Assembly (NCBI GenBank): GCA_951406725.2
Contig: OX597824.1
Span: forward strand, 38,006,001-38,070,000
Direction: 5' to 3'
DNA from: Octopus vulgaris
Taxonomy: Eukaryota
Length of the DNA stretch: 64,000 bases
Shown here: piece after piece, positions 52,939 to 64,000 of the stretch
Layout: every line of letters begins with the position of its first letter
Position numbering within the stretch: the stretch's first letter is position 1
Notes under the pieces: generated by a model
Seen by the model: the letters and a program-made list of their open reading frames with translations, nothing else
Told to the model about the DNA's origin: nothing
Database searches by the model: none
Translations under genes and position numbers: made by a program

Positions 52939-54723
52939 TAATCTTGCAGTTCTACCAAAAAATTTCTCCAACTGTTTTCATTTAAAAAAGAATTTTTGAA
53001 ATAGATCTGAAGTAATATTTCCTAAACCTTAAATAGCAGATACTTAAAAATTTGCTGTAAACCTGTACAGTACTCTAGAATTACATATATATTAATAAAC
53101 AGCAGTAACTATGCAAGATGTATTTGATTACTTAACATGCAAACATATTAATGAAGATTGTGCTCAGGAATGCTGTTGTCTTCCTGTGTTCAGGTTGTTG
53201 GTCACCTTAAGACAAATGATGCCAATTTTTTTAGAGTCAATGAAGGAATCTTGGTTTCTCTCAGGCACTTTGTACCTGTTCATTAAATCCTATCAACAAG
53301 GATTTATATAGCACAGAGTTCTTGGACCCAAATATAGACTTAAATATAATATTTGTATTGTAGATAACCAACAAGTAACTTATATACCATTGCATATTTT
53401 TAATTGTACTTCAAATCTTATATACCTACAACTAGAGAATCTTTGGACTTCCATAACAGTGATAGTAAACATGCTGAAAGATGGGAACAAGTGGCATGAA
53501 GTGGGAGGTGGGGACTAGAAACCAGTGCATTGTCTCATATTGGCCTGTTAGAAACTAGTGAGGCTATTGTCCACAAATTGTGGTTTGAAATTCATAAAAT
53601 TACTAATGAAGTTGAAGTGATGGAAAGGGTAATAACTGTACATCATCTCGAAACACTATATAACAGCAATAAATTAAGCACCATTACTGCACATACTAAA
53701 TTTCAGACGACAAAGAGCACATTGTGCAAATTGTAAAGAATAAAAATAATTTTACTGTCAGCTTTAATGTGGCAAGTTTGTGGAAATAATTGAAAACTGA
53801 TCTTAATACTTTACAAGATTTGATCTCATCCCTCTAATTCTGAGTCCAAATATTAACTGGAATGACTTTGTTGTTCATCTCTCTAGAATCACAAAAGTAA
53901 TATGATAATGCCAAATCCATCAACTCTAGCCATTGTCTATAAACACTGACCTTATGCAATACCACCTTTATCATAATTACTGTTCTTTGTGTCATAATCA
54001 CTCGTAAGGCATGCATATTGAAGTTGCTAAATTATATATAATACTTTTACTCCTTGTTAGAGTTGGGATGGAAGAAGGTGCTCTGAGGTTAAAAAAAAAA
54101 TGTATTCTAAATGAATATGGAATATTATAGTCAACATTTGTGCTGGTTTTTTTTTTTTTTTTATAAAGCTAAGACTTAGAAGTGTTCTGAAGTGGTTTGT
54201 GGTTAAAGAGTGCAAGAAGATCTAATTACTCATTCAGCAGTTTTATAAATAATTTTTATTATGTTAGAGGAATAAAAGTAATTTCTAATTTACATGGTAA
54301 GTTTGATATATTAGTGTATTTGTGTAAAAAATAAAAATTGGTGTGGGACAAGCTTTATAGTGTAGAAGGTACTCCCTCAAAAAACTGAGTCTCTGGCTTG
54401 GTTTCAATTTCAGATACAATCAATTCATACTTCACTGGGTAAAAATGAGAATGATCATTTAATGTCAGTTTTCCATGCTGGCATGGGTTGGATGGTTTGA
54501 CAGGAGCTGTCCAGCCTCCAGATGCTAGAATAGACAATTGGAGGCTGGACAGTGCCAGCATGGAAAACGAATGGTAAACAAGGATGATGATATAACCTTC
54601 ATTATTTTCTCTAGTTAGAATAAATATCCAGAGGAAACCAGTACCCCTCCTGTTTTTAATGCATATTTTAAAACACATTAGCTATTGTTTCTTGAATTTT
54701 AAGAATATTTTCTTATTTTTTAG

Positions 54724-54958
54724 TGTTGCAAAATAACATTCTGCCTTCCAAGCCTGCATTTAAGTCTGCGTCTCGGCGAGGGGAAAAAAAAGCAGTGCAC
54801 TTAAGTCCAGTGGAAAGTATTCATAGCGCTCCCCACCGAAGTACAACTCCTCCAGCTAGGACATCTCCGTCACATAAAGCTAACAATGCCAATCTTAAGA
54901 AATGGTCGTCATTATCAACAACCACAGAACTTAATGATGGAAATGTTAAACCGTTTAG
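54724..54958 (+). CDS. EML: EML/EMAP exon encoding the basic Ser/Pro/Thr-rich linker
   Basis: Acceptor ttcttattttttag, donor AG|gtaagt, 235 nt, phase 1-2. In frame with exon 48298 (G+TG=Val): LQNNILPSKPAFKSASRRGEKK...RSTTPPARTSPSHK...ELNDGNVKPF. Confidence 0.88.
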
Positions 54959-56201
54959 GTAAGTTAATTTATTATTATCATTATTATTATTCATAAATAT
55001 TATGATATTTTCCTGCTTTGCTCTTCGTTTATTTTACAGATTACTAAAATGAAACTGATTTTGTATTTATTGACTACACTTGGTTTGAATTTTTTAATTA
55101 AATTCTTTTTTATTAATGGTAATTTCTGATTTCAACTTCAATAGTCCCATAATTTTCAGAGTTGAAGCTTGGACCAGTGGGAGTTGAAATGTGGACAATG
55201 GGAATATCATGCAAGGCCTTGAGGGCTTCAGCATATAGGTCAGGTATTATGGGAGAGTGAGCCTTCTCTTCTTACCTGCTTCAAGTCTGGGAAGATATAT
55301 TATTATAAAATAAATATGAGAGGAAGCTTAATATTATACATATATTAACCCTCCTTTCGTAATTGTTAATATAACAAATATGTTTACATAATTGCATGTT
55401 TTCTTATATGAAGGCAGTTCCTAACAAGTGCTGAAGTGAAACATATGAAAAACTAAAATATCTGATTTGCTTTTATCACTTTGAGAGTTGGAATAAGAGA
55501 TAGGGAACAGAGCCAGAAATTGTACAAAGCAGCTATTCTTCTCTTGATAACACAAGTAAAATAGTGTCAAGTAGCACAGCAGCATTTAAAAATAAATTAA
55601 AATACATTTTTGTCAATGTTTATCCAATCACCAATACTTTTATATTTTTCATATGGAACTACGTTTTTAACAAATTGATTGCAATTTTTTTATTTTGTCC
55701 AAAAATTCAGGACAGCTATGTGGAATGTACATTTTAGTCATCAGCAGATTCTTAACTATACATTACATAATTTTTCCCTTTTCAGATCCCATTATTTATT
55801 ACAGAAAACGCTATAATGTCTTTCATTGTAATGAGCCAAAAATATTTTTTCATTTTTTTTTCACTTAGTTTTGTGGTGTCCAAACTTTTTAGGAACCAAA
55901 AATCTCTTTATAACCTCGTCAAATAATTGATCAATATTTGCAGATTATTTTCAAATGCATTGGTTGGACTTCATTGCAAACTGTTCAACACTTGGTCATG
56001 TTCTGCCTAATTTTCTCTCTATTTAAAGTTAACTTTTTACAGCACTAAGTATGAGAGAGATCTTTTGAAATTCTCCACTTTTTCACTGATTTCACCATTT
56101 TCTTTGAGGTTTCTCAGCAAGGCCTTTGCATCTTCAGTTACAAATTTGTAGTTTTTTTTGTTCTATATTTGTAATAAGGTTTCGTATTCCAAGTTTGACT
56201 T

Positions 56202-56434
56202 ATTTCTTTATTGCCCACAAGGGGGTAAACATAGAGGGGGAGAATAAGGACAGACAAACGGATTAAGTCGATTACATCGACCCCCAATGTGTAACTGGTA
56301 CTTAATTCATCGACCCTGAAAGGATGAAAGGCAAAGTCGACCTCAGCAGAATTTGAACTCAGAACGTAACGGCAGACGAAATACCGATAAGCATTTCGCC
56401 TGGTGTGCTAATGTTTCTGCCAGCTCGCTGCCTT
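56202..56434 (-). mobile_element. SINE family B with TSD
   Basis: TSD ccaagtttgactt at 56189-56201 and 56435-56447. Confidence 0.9.
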
Positions 56435-57171
56435 CCAAGTTTGACTTCTGCTGTATTAGTATTGTCATTCTTTGTCTCCATAATCAGTTTGTTCATGAAC
56501 AAATCATAAATACATTTTCCCAAAATTATTTTCAAAGAATTGTTTCATCAGTCTTGGTAGTGTTCAGCTTCAAATCAGCAAAAATGTAAAGAATTCTTTC
56601 AACCATCAAAAGTGTTGACAAAAAAGAAATCTGGTATTATTATGCTTCAATACACAGACCCCTTCAATACACTGCACTTTCTCAAACTCATATTGCTAGA
56701 CATCTTGGTCTGTCATCTCCTCTGTTATGCTAAATGTCTTGAGATTGGCCCTCATTATTTCATCCCTTATCCCCCTGGGTCTCTCTCTTCCACAGGTTCC
56801 ATCCACTTCAAGCAGTCAATACTTTATATTTATTTCATTATTACTTTATCCCAAAATCGATGTTCTTCATGTGTGCATGCATTTGTGTGCATAGGCTCAG
56901 CAAAACGAAAGAGTATTTCAAACAGCCCAGAATATGGGACAACATTGATAAACTAACAGTCTCAGTGAAAACTAGAACATTTGGTAACCCTATGGATAGA
57001 TATAATAAAGCACATAATCTGATTAAATGATTACAGCTACTTCTCCAAGGGGAAAAAAATCTGCAGCAAGCTTGTGTAATCTTGTGGAAGGGAAGTTACT
57101 CTATTTTGAAAGTTTGAATACACAGATATGTAACTGCTAAAATATCTGTTTTATAAGCTGGAAATAATATA

Positions 57172-57204
<33 letters not shown>

Positions 57205-57299
57205 CACATATATATATATACACACACACACACACATATATATATAGACACACACACACACATATATATATAGACACACACACACATATATATATATAG

Positions 57300-57330
<31 letters not shown>

Positions 57331-57450
57331 GACACACATGCACATATATATATATATATAGACACACACACGCACATATATATATATACACACACACATA
57401 CACACACATATATATATATATATATTATATGTTGTGTGTGTGTGTGTGTG
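57172..57450. repeat. Compound (TA)n/(CA)n microsatellite
   Basis: Read directly; higher-order unit (TA)n-GA-(CA)n. Confidence 0.95.
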
Positions 57451-58000
57451 TTTTACTTGATTTCCTTATGCTAGTGTAATTTAAGTTTTCTTAAATATTA
57501 TAATGAACTAAGGCTTTGGTTATTTTTTTATTCTTAGTCTTATGTTTTGACAACATATCTTAACCATAGTTAAATGAGTTAAAACTTGTTTAATACTTAG
57601 AATGTTAAGAAACAACAATCTCCTGTAATATTCTACTACTTACCTTTTCTGTGCTGCTAGCCATCGATTTCCCCTGCTCCTTGAGCCACATCTATTGATA
57701 TTCGTCCTTCTCGCCTATGCCTATTTTCTTCACTCTTGTTCATCTTTCACTATATTCACCTCTATTGCTGTCATGAACCGTCTCTCACTCTCCCTCCATT
57801 CAGTCAATAGGAATTTTTATGCTTGTGAATTACAAGACAACTCTAAAAATTATTAACTGGTGTCATAGCAGATAAATTGTACAGCTTTCTGGAGGAGAAT
57901 TTATTACTAGAGGAGCAGAAAGAAATCAGGTAAATTTACTAATCTGCTGTTTGTTGATAAATATGATTATTAAGTGAGATATGAATGAGAAAGAACTTAG

Positions 58001-58530
58001 GAGGGTTGGCTGAATAGTTCATAGGCTGACCAAGATACTCCCTTGGAATGTGACCAAATGAGGCTTATTTTTCAACATAGTCCCTCTTACAGTCCACATA
58101 TGTCTTCCATCAGTGTTGCAAGGCTTGAATCTCATTGGTGAAAAGGCTTTGATCCTGCTGATCAAAAAACTCATCAGCAAATATGATTCTATCATCACTG
58201 CAATACTTCTTCCCAGCGAAGTGTTTTTGCATGTTGGGGGACAGATGACTGTCAGATGGGATGAAACCACAAGAATAGGGAAGGTGATCAACCAGTTTAA
58301 ACCCACAGCCATGCACAGCAGACATTGAAATCAGGGACTTGGGTGCTGGAGCATTATCCTGATAAAACAAGCAGCAAGTTGGGATAGTATTCTCCATTGA
58401 TGGTGTGGCTCTTTTGAAAATAGCCTATAAGTATAATGCTTGTTGCATCTGGAAAAAAACTGAGATGCTTGTTGCATCTGGAAAAAAACTGAGGCTATCA
58501 CCTTTCCTGCTGATAAAATGACTTGGAACA
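58001..58530 (-). mobile_element. Decayed mariner transposase, 3' half
   Basis: ORF 58110-58397 FYQDNAPAPKS...LVDHLPYSCGFIPSDSHLSP resembles mariner HDNA..H and HPPYSPDLAPSD. TIR-like gagggttggctgaatagttc at 58001. Confidence 0.85.
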
Positions 58531-58569
58531 GGTGAGGTGGTGTGTTTCCAGTGCACGGATTGTCTATTT

Positions 58570-58785
58570 GTACTGGTATGGTCATATGATGTGGATGGAT
58601 GAGGACAGCTGTATAAGAAAAAGTGCCGATTGCTAAATGTAGAAGGAACCTGTGGAGGAGGAAAACCTAAGAAGACATGGTATGAAGTGGAGGCTGACCT
58701 CAAGATGTTGTTCCTCTCAGAAGTGACGATAGGGGGGGCCAAGATGAATGGCAATATGCTGTGTTTGAAAAGACCCATCTATCTC
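58570..58785 (+). mobile_element. RTE-type LINE 3' fragment
   Basis: WYGHMMWMDEDSCIRKKCRLLNVEGTCGGGKPKKTW; same family as 51598-51882. Confidence 0.8.
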
Positions 58786-59124
58786 ATAACACCCACTTTC
58801 CATCAATCAATCTTCTATGTTATCCTATTTCCTTCACTTTCCCCTACACTGAACTGATATCCTCTGTGTCCAATTCATTTCCTATTTCCAATCATCTGTC
58901 ACACTATTTTCACACACTGCACTTATACATTCAACTTTGCTGCTCTTCTGTCCTATTGTCTCATATTCATCTTGTACCTGAACTTGCATATCTTTTTCTT
59001 TCTCTCCCTTTCATTTTCTAGGTGGGCTTGTCATGTAGACACCTTTTCAACAGGACACCTGCTTCTCTCCCCTCTATCATAGTTTCTTATTCTTCCAGTC
59101 TGTTCTACACTCAATTGATGGGGT

Positions 59125-59345
59125 TTTGTCTTGGAGACACTTGGCAACCTCACTAGTGCTGGTGCCATGTAAAAGAGCACCCAGTACACTCTGTTAAGTG
59201 GGTGACATTAGGAAGGGCATTCAGCTATAGAGATCTTGCTAAAGCAGACATAAAACCTGGTGGAGTCCTTAGGCTTGTTTGTTCTTGTCAAACCATCCAG
59301 ACCATGCTAGCATGGTGAAGTGGGACTTTAAATGATGATGATGAT
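59125..59345 (+). mobile_element. Retroposon family C, old copy
   Basis: gcacccagtacactc...ttaggaagggcat...ccatgctagcatgg...taaatgatgatgatg. Confidence 0.7.
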
Positions 59346-59373
59346 TTTTACATATATATATATATATATATAT

Positions 59374-59555
59374 AATTCACCATCACTAAAAGTGTCTAAG
59401 GAAGCTAAAAATGTCTAGCATTGCTAGAAACAAGTTAAAGACTCTTTAGCCACAAACACAACATGCTTTGTTCTTGGCTAAAGAGTCTTTGACTCTTGTT
59501 TGTAGCAATGCTGGTATTGCCCTGCACCCTTTGTCACTTTTAGTGATGGTGAATT
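59374..59555. mobile_element. Palindromic MITE-like element
   Basis: Terminal aattcaccatcactaaaagtg/cacttttagtgatggtgaatt (21 bp, perfect). Inner agcattgcta/tagcaatgct and aaagactctttagcca/tggctaaagagtcttt. Confidence 0.8.
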
Positions 59556-59605
59556 TTTTCCTTTTTGACTTTAAATTGCATCTAGCCACCTTAATCATTT
59601 ATTAA

Positions 59606-59656
<51 letters not shown>

Positions 59657-59659
<3 letters not shown>

Positions 59660-59811
59660 ATCATCGTTTAACGTCCGTTTTCCGTGCTAGCACGGGTTGG
59701 ACGGTTCGACCGGAGTCTGGGAAGCCAGGGGCTGCACCAGGCTCCAGTCTGATCTGGCAGTGTTTCTACAGCTGGATGCCCTTCCTAACACCAACCACTC
59801 CGCGAGTGTAG
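59657..59811 (-). mobile_element. Retroposon family C, young 3' fragment
   Basis: Reverse complement of ~61935-62085; CpGs retained. Confidence 0.85.
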
Positions 59812-59839
59812 ATATATATGCGCGCGCGCGCGCGCGCAT

Positions 59840-59877
<38 letters not shown>

Positions 59878-59878
59878 A

Positions 59879-61142
59879 GAGGGGTTGGACAAAATAATGG
59901 AAACACCTTAAAATTTCAAGCAAATTTATTTTAATATGGGGTAGGACCGCCTTTGGCAGTAATTACAGCTTGAATTCTATGAGATATTGACTTGTACAAA
60001 GTTTGAATTGTTTCCAAAGGAATTTTTGTTTGTTCTTCAGCTAAAATAGTCTCCAGTTCTTGTAGTGATGATGGTGGAGGATATCAACTCCTTACTTGTT
60101 TTTCTAAAATGCACCATAAATGTTCAATAATATTGAGATCTGGGAACTGTGGTGGCCAGATAAGATGTTCAATTTCACTAGACTGTTCCTCGTACCATTC
60201 AGTAACAACTTTAGCTGTGTGAATTGGTGCATTATCATCCTGAAAAATTGCATTTCCTTCCGGAAACAGTTCCACAACCATAGGATGAATTTAATCAGAT
60301 AAAATTCTTAAATAGCCTTGATTATTAATTCAGCCACGAAGGGAAACCATTGGGCTGGCGGATTTCTAAGATATAGCCCCCCCCCCCCATCATCGCAAAT
60401 CCTCCTCCATGTTTAACAGTTGGAAGATGGCAGTCTGGGTCAAATACTTCTAGATAAGATGTATACTCAGCCAGTGGTCAGAAATAATGTAAAGGATGAC
60501 TCGTATGAGAAAATAACATTCTTCCACTGCTCTAGGGACAAATTCTGTACTCTAAAAGCTTTGCAACATTTGTTTTTGAAAGTAGTGGTTTTCTGATTGC
60601 TGCCCTCCCATGAAATCTGGCTTTGTGCAGCTCCTGGCGAACAGTTTTTGTGGAAAGTGGGTTCTTGAGGTGATTATTAAGCTCTGCGGTAATTTTGGGA
60701 GCTGTACTTCTGTGATCCTTTCTAACAATTCGTGTAAGAGTTCGACAGTCCCTATCTGAAAGATTTGGTTTTCTTCTGGAGTTTTATTTTGACAAGGAGG
60801 TTTTTCCCTCCTTTCTCAAAGGCTGTCATTACTTTCGAGACAGTACTTCTTGATAACACCAATATTTCGACTGTTTTCATTTCACTAGCGCCTGCCATAC
60901 AAGCACCAACAATTTGACCTCTTTGAAAGTCCGATGGATCTGTCATTTTGATGAATTTTAATTATCTTTTCCTGATGATATCTGAAAAGAAGCAGCAATT
61001 TTAGCAAAACATATAATAAAATATAGCAAAACTAATAATAAAATAAAAAAACAAAAAGTAAACAAGCTTTTGACGGTTTTATAGTTATTTAAAATTATGA
61101 TGCTATGTTGCTCGGTGTTTCCATTATTTTGTCCAACCACTG
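59879..61142 (-). mobile_element. Tc1-like DNA transposon, full length, transposase disrupted
   Basis: 25-bp TIRs ggttggacaaaataatggaaacacc (59883-59907) and ggtgtttccattattttgtccaacc (61114-61138), with a CAGTG end and TA on the right. ORFs MTDPSDFQRGQIVGA... and FQDDNAPIHTAK...WPPQFPDLNIIEHLW. Confidence 0.92.
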
Positions 61143-61844
61143 TATGTATGCATGTATGTATATATATATACACATGCACACATCTCACTCATTAACAACA
61201 TCCTACCTGTACACAGTTCCACATAATCACACACATGTAAACGGATACCAAAGACTCCACATACATTTGATGTATCATGAAGGCCATATTCTGCACCGAA
61301 TATTCTATGTTCAAATCAGCTAGATCCAACCTCACACCTACCCTAAAATGTCATTCTAAACATAAACATGTACATCATCAAAATGTCAAAGCTACGAGAT
61401 AATGCATGATTAATTCAAAGACAATGTAAATAAATAAGTATTACATATGACAATAATCTGAATGTTAAAGAGTTAGATACAGAAAGATATGGTTGTGTGT
61501 GCTACAGTCTAGACAATTGATGATGATAAAAGCGGGGATAAAAGAGTAAGAATGAATAATAAATGTTATCCGACATATAATGATAGCAAGATATTAGGTG
61601 ACAAAGTTAATGCTCCAGACTAGTTTCATAATATTGCTGTCCCTATTTGCATGGTTCAGGTATATATTAGTTGGTGTTAGTTACAGATAGAAAAGAGGAT
61701 TATGAAGTTAATGAACTTGAGGAGGGGTTTTGCTAAGCTTCAGATCAGTAATATCATAGGTTAGGTTATTAGTAATACTACACTGCTAAAAAGTCCATTT
61801 CATTTTATGTTAACAGCAGATCCCTGGTTCATTCCATTTTACTA

Positions 61845-62100
61845 ATGTCGGCACGTAAAAAGCACCATCCGTTCGTGGCCATTTACCAGCCTCGTCTGGC
61901 ACCTGTGCCAGTGGGACGTAAAAAGCACCCACTACACTCACGGAGTAGTTGGCATTAGGAAGGGCATCCAGCCGTAGAAACATTGTCAGATCAGACTGGG
62001 CCTGGTGCAGCCTTCTGGCTTCCCAGGCCCCAGTTGAACCGTCCAACCCTGCTAGCATGGAAAGCGGACGCTAAACGATGATGATGATGATGATGATGAT
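61845..62100 (+). mobile_element. Retroposon family C with (GAT)n tail
   Basis: gcacgtaaaaagcacc units, ggcattaggaagggcatccag, aaacgatgatgatg. Confidence 0.85.
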
Positions 62101-62379
62101 ATTGGCTAGAATTATTTCCCAAGCCTCCTTAGTACTTGGTCTGCAAAATATCTTTCTTCCTTGTATGACATTGCTGAACCCCGCTACTGACCATCTTAAA
62201 GTTAATATTTCTGGACGTTAAATTAAAAATACATTCAACAAGAAATATATCTTGAATATTTGATTCTTGGATGAGAGAATGAATATCTATGCATTGAAAT
62301 GAGCAGCTTCACAGAGTTCATAGTAGTGCCAAAATAAAATTGAGAGCTTTACTATTATTATGGTTGTTGTTGTTGTTGT

Positions 62380-62550
62380 AAGGTGGCAGAATTGTTAGTG
62401 CTCCAGACAAAATGCATAACAGCTTTTCATCTGTCTTTACTTTCTAAGTTCAAATTGTGCTGAGGTTGATTTTTACCTTTCATCCTTTTGGGGCCAGTAA
62501 AATAAGTGCCAGTTGAACACTGGGCTCAATGTAATTGGCTTACCCTCCCC
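62380..62550 (+). mobile_element. SINE family B, diverged copy
   Basis: ggtggcagaattgttag...cctttcatccttttgggg...aaaataagtgccagtt. Confidence 0.7.
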
Positions 62551-62552
62551 TA

Positions 62553-62592
<40 letters not shown>

Positions 62593-62625
62593 ATGTATGT
62601 ATGTATGTGTGTGTGTGTGTGTGTA

Positions 62626-62921
62626 AGCGCAATGACCCAGTGGTTAGGGCAGCGGACTCGTGGTCGTAGGATTGCTGTTTCGATTCCCAGACCAGACATT
62701 GTGAGTGTTTGAGCAAAAACACCTAAAGCTCCACGAGGCTCCGACAGGAGGTGGTGGCGATCCCTGCTGTACACTTTCACCACAACTTTCTCTCACTCTT
62801 TCTTCTGTTGGCCTGCTCGCTTAACCAGTGGGGTGGCGTCATTTGAAGGCAAAAACAATGCGAAGTGCATTGTGACCAGCTATGTGAAGCAACATCTGAT
62901 AGCCTGGTCGGTCATGGTGAT
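62626..62921 (+). mobile_element. tRNA(Arg)-like SINE (OR-type head, alternative tail)
   Basis: 5' ~175 nt match the 31089-31472 element; the 3' part matches 1-112. Confidence 0.85.
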
Positions 62922-62930
62922 GTATATATA

Positions 62931-62970
<40 letters not shown>

Positions 62971-63007
62971 GGTTTGAGTCCCATGGCTGTCTGTAGACAT
63001 TTTTTGT

Positions 63008-63283
63008 GAAGGTACATAGCTCAGTGGTTAGAGCATTGGGCTTACAATCATGGAGTTGTGAGTTCGATTCCTGTTATGTTCTTGAGCAAGGAACTTTATT
63101 TGATGTTGTTGCAGTTCACTCCACTGTAAAATTAAGTTGCGGTGTTATTAATGGCATGGAGAGGAGAGGCTGGTGTGCATGGGTGACTGCTGATCTTTCT
63201 TAAACAAACTTGTCTAGACTTGTACCTTGGAGGGGAATTTTCTAGGGGCATCCCATGGTCATTCATGACCAAAGGGGGTCTTT
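63008..63283 (+). mobile_element. Diverged tRNA-derived SINE (further family)
   Basis: A box tagctcagtggttagagc, B box gagttcgattcc, then gttcttgagcaagg. Confidence 0.65.
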
Positions 63284-63751
63284 ACTCTGCTCACAGAAAG
63301 TTCCGGATGGTCTGAAAACCTATCACATGAACAGCAATCATTCATTGGACAAGATCTCAGTTATGCACATGATCAAACCATGGCTGAATTGTGATTTGAA
63401 ATTTGTATGTAGCAAAACGGGTTTGAATCCAGTGCTACAGACCTTTGTGTTTAGTCACAAGAAACCAACATTGAATTAACTGTTACCTAGAAATATCATT
63501 TAATGTAATCATTAGATTGTAAATGAAATAAATCAAATCTATTTCAAACATTTCTTTGGTATCCAATACCTAACATAATTTTTTGTTTTTTTCTATGATC
63601 AGTATTTTTTATTAATTTTGTTGTTGATAGAACTATCATGGTTCTGGAATCTGGTCATCTCTAACTGTTTTCAGGTTTATTTCCTTTTCAGCTATTTACT
63701 TTTTTTCCTCATTCTTTTCTGTCAATATTTGTCATTTTTCTATTTTTTCAG

Positions 63752-63796
63752 AAAACTTGATTCTAACTTACGTCCAGGAGCTGGAACTGCAAAAGA
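63752..63796 (+). CDS. EML: Probable short EML exon (KLDSNLRPGAGTAK)
   Basis: Long polypyrimidine tract and tttttcag acceptor. Phase 2 matches the previous exon (AG+A=Arg). 45 nt, weak donor GA|gtaata. Confidence 0.65.
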
Positions 63797-63817
63797 GTAA
63801 TAAAACAAAACATTGCG

Positions 63818-63869
<52 letters not shown>

Positions 63870-64000
63870 CTCACAATTAGACACCTGTACACTTAAACAT
63901 CCATGCATATATATCTAAAAATATGTAAGACAGTGAAATGAAACATTTTGCTTTAATGATATTTGGCATTTCAGAAATTATTGATGCTTTGAAATATTAT

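Noticed and set aside
57096-57409. Three overlapping CVCVYIYI ORFs and similar ORFs elsewhere
   Set aside because: Dinucleotide microsatellite artefacts.

Overview
AT-rich, CpG-poor, microsatellite-laden eukaryotic genomic DNA. The repeat content resembles octopus (cephalopod) tRNA-derived SINEs; this is recalled from repeat families, not tested. The window is almost entirely intronic. It holds the 5' part of one + strand gene of the EML/EMAP (echinoderm microtubule-associated protein-like, EML1-4 type) family. Clear exons are the trimerisation coiled-coil exon (48298-48450) and an in-phase basic Ser/Pro-rich linker exon (54724-54958). Less certain are a 45-nt exon (63752-63796), an upstream exon (8947-9054) and a candidate alternative first exon (ATG at 23071) in a CpG-enriched patch. 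The introns carry several SINE families, RTE-type LINE relics, a Penelope GIY-YIG relic, Tc1/mariner relics, TTAA-flanked MITEs, a non-autonomous Helitron and a decayed GalEa-like Copia element. The most notable structures are a near-perfect 81-bp-arm hairpin insertion with a 12-bp flanking direct repeat, several other fold-back elements, two degenerate hammerhead-ribozyme motifs, a decayed partial copy of an EML exon, and a possible truncated coiled-coil-only isoform. No prokaryote-type system, CRISPR array or intact transposon ORF was seen. All calls were made by eye and repeat boundaries are approximate.
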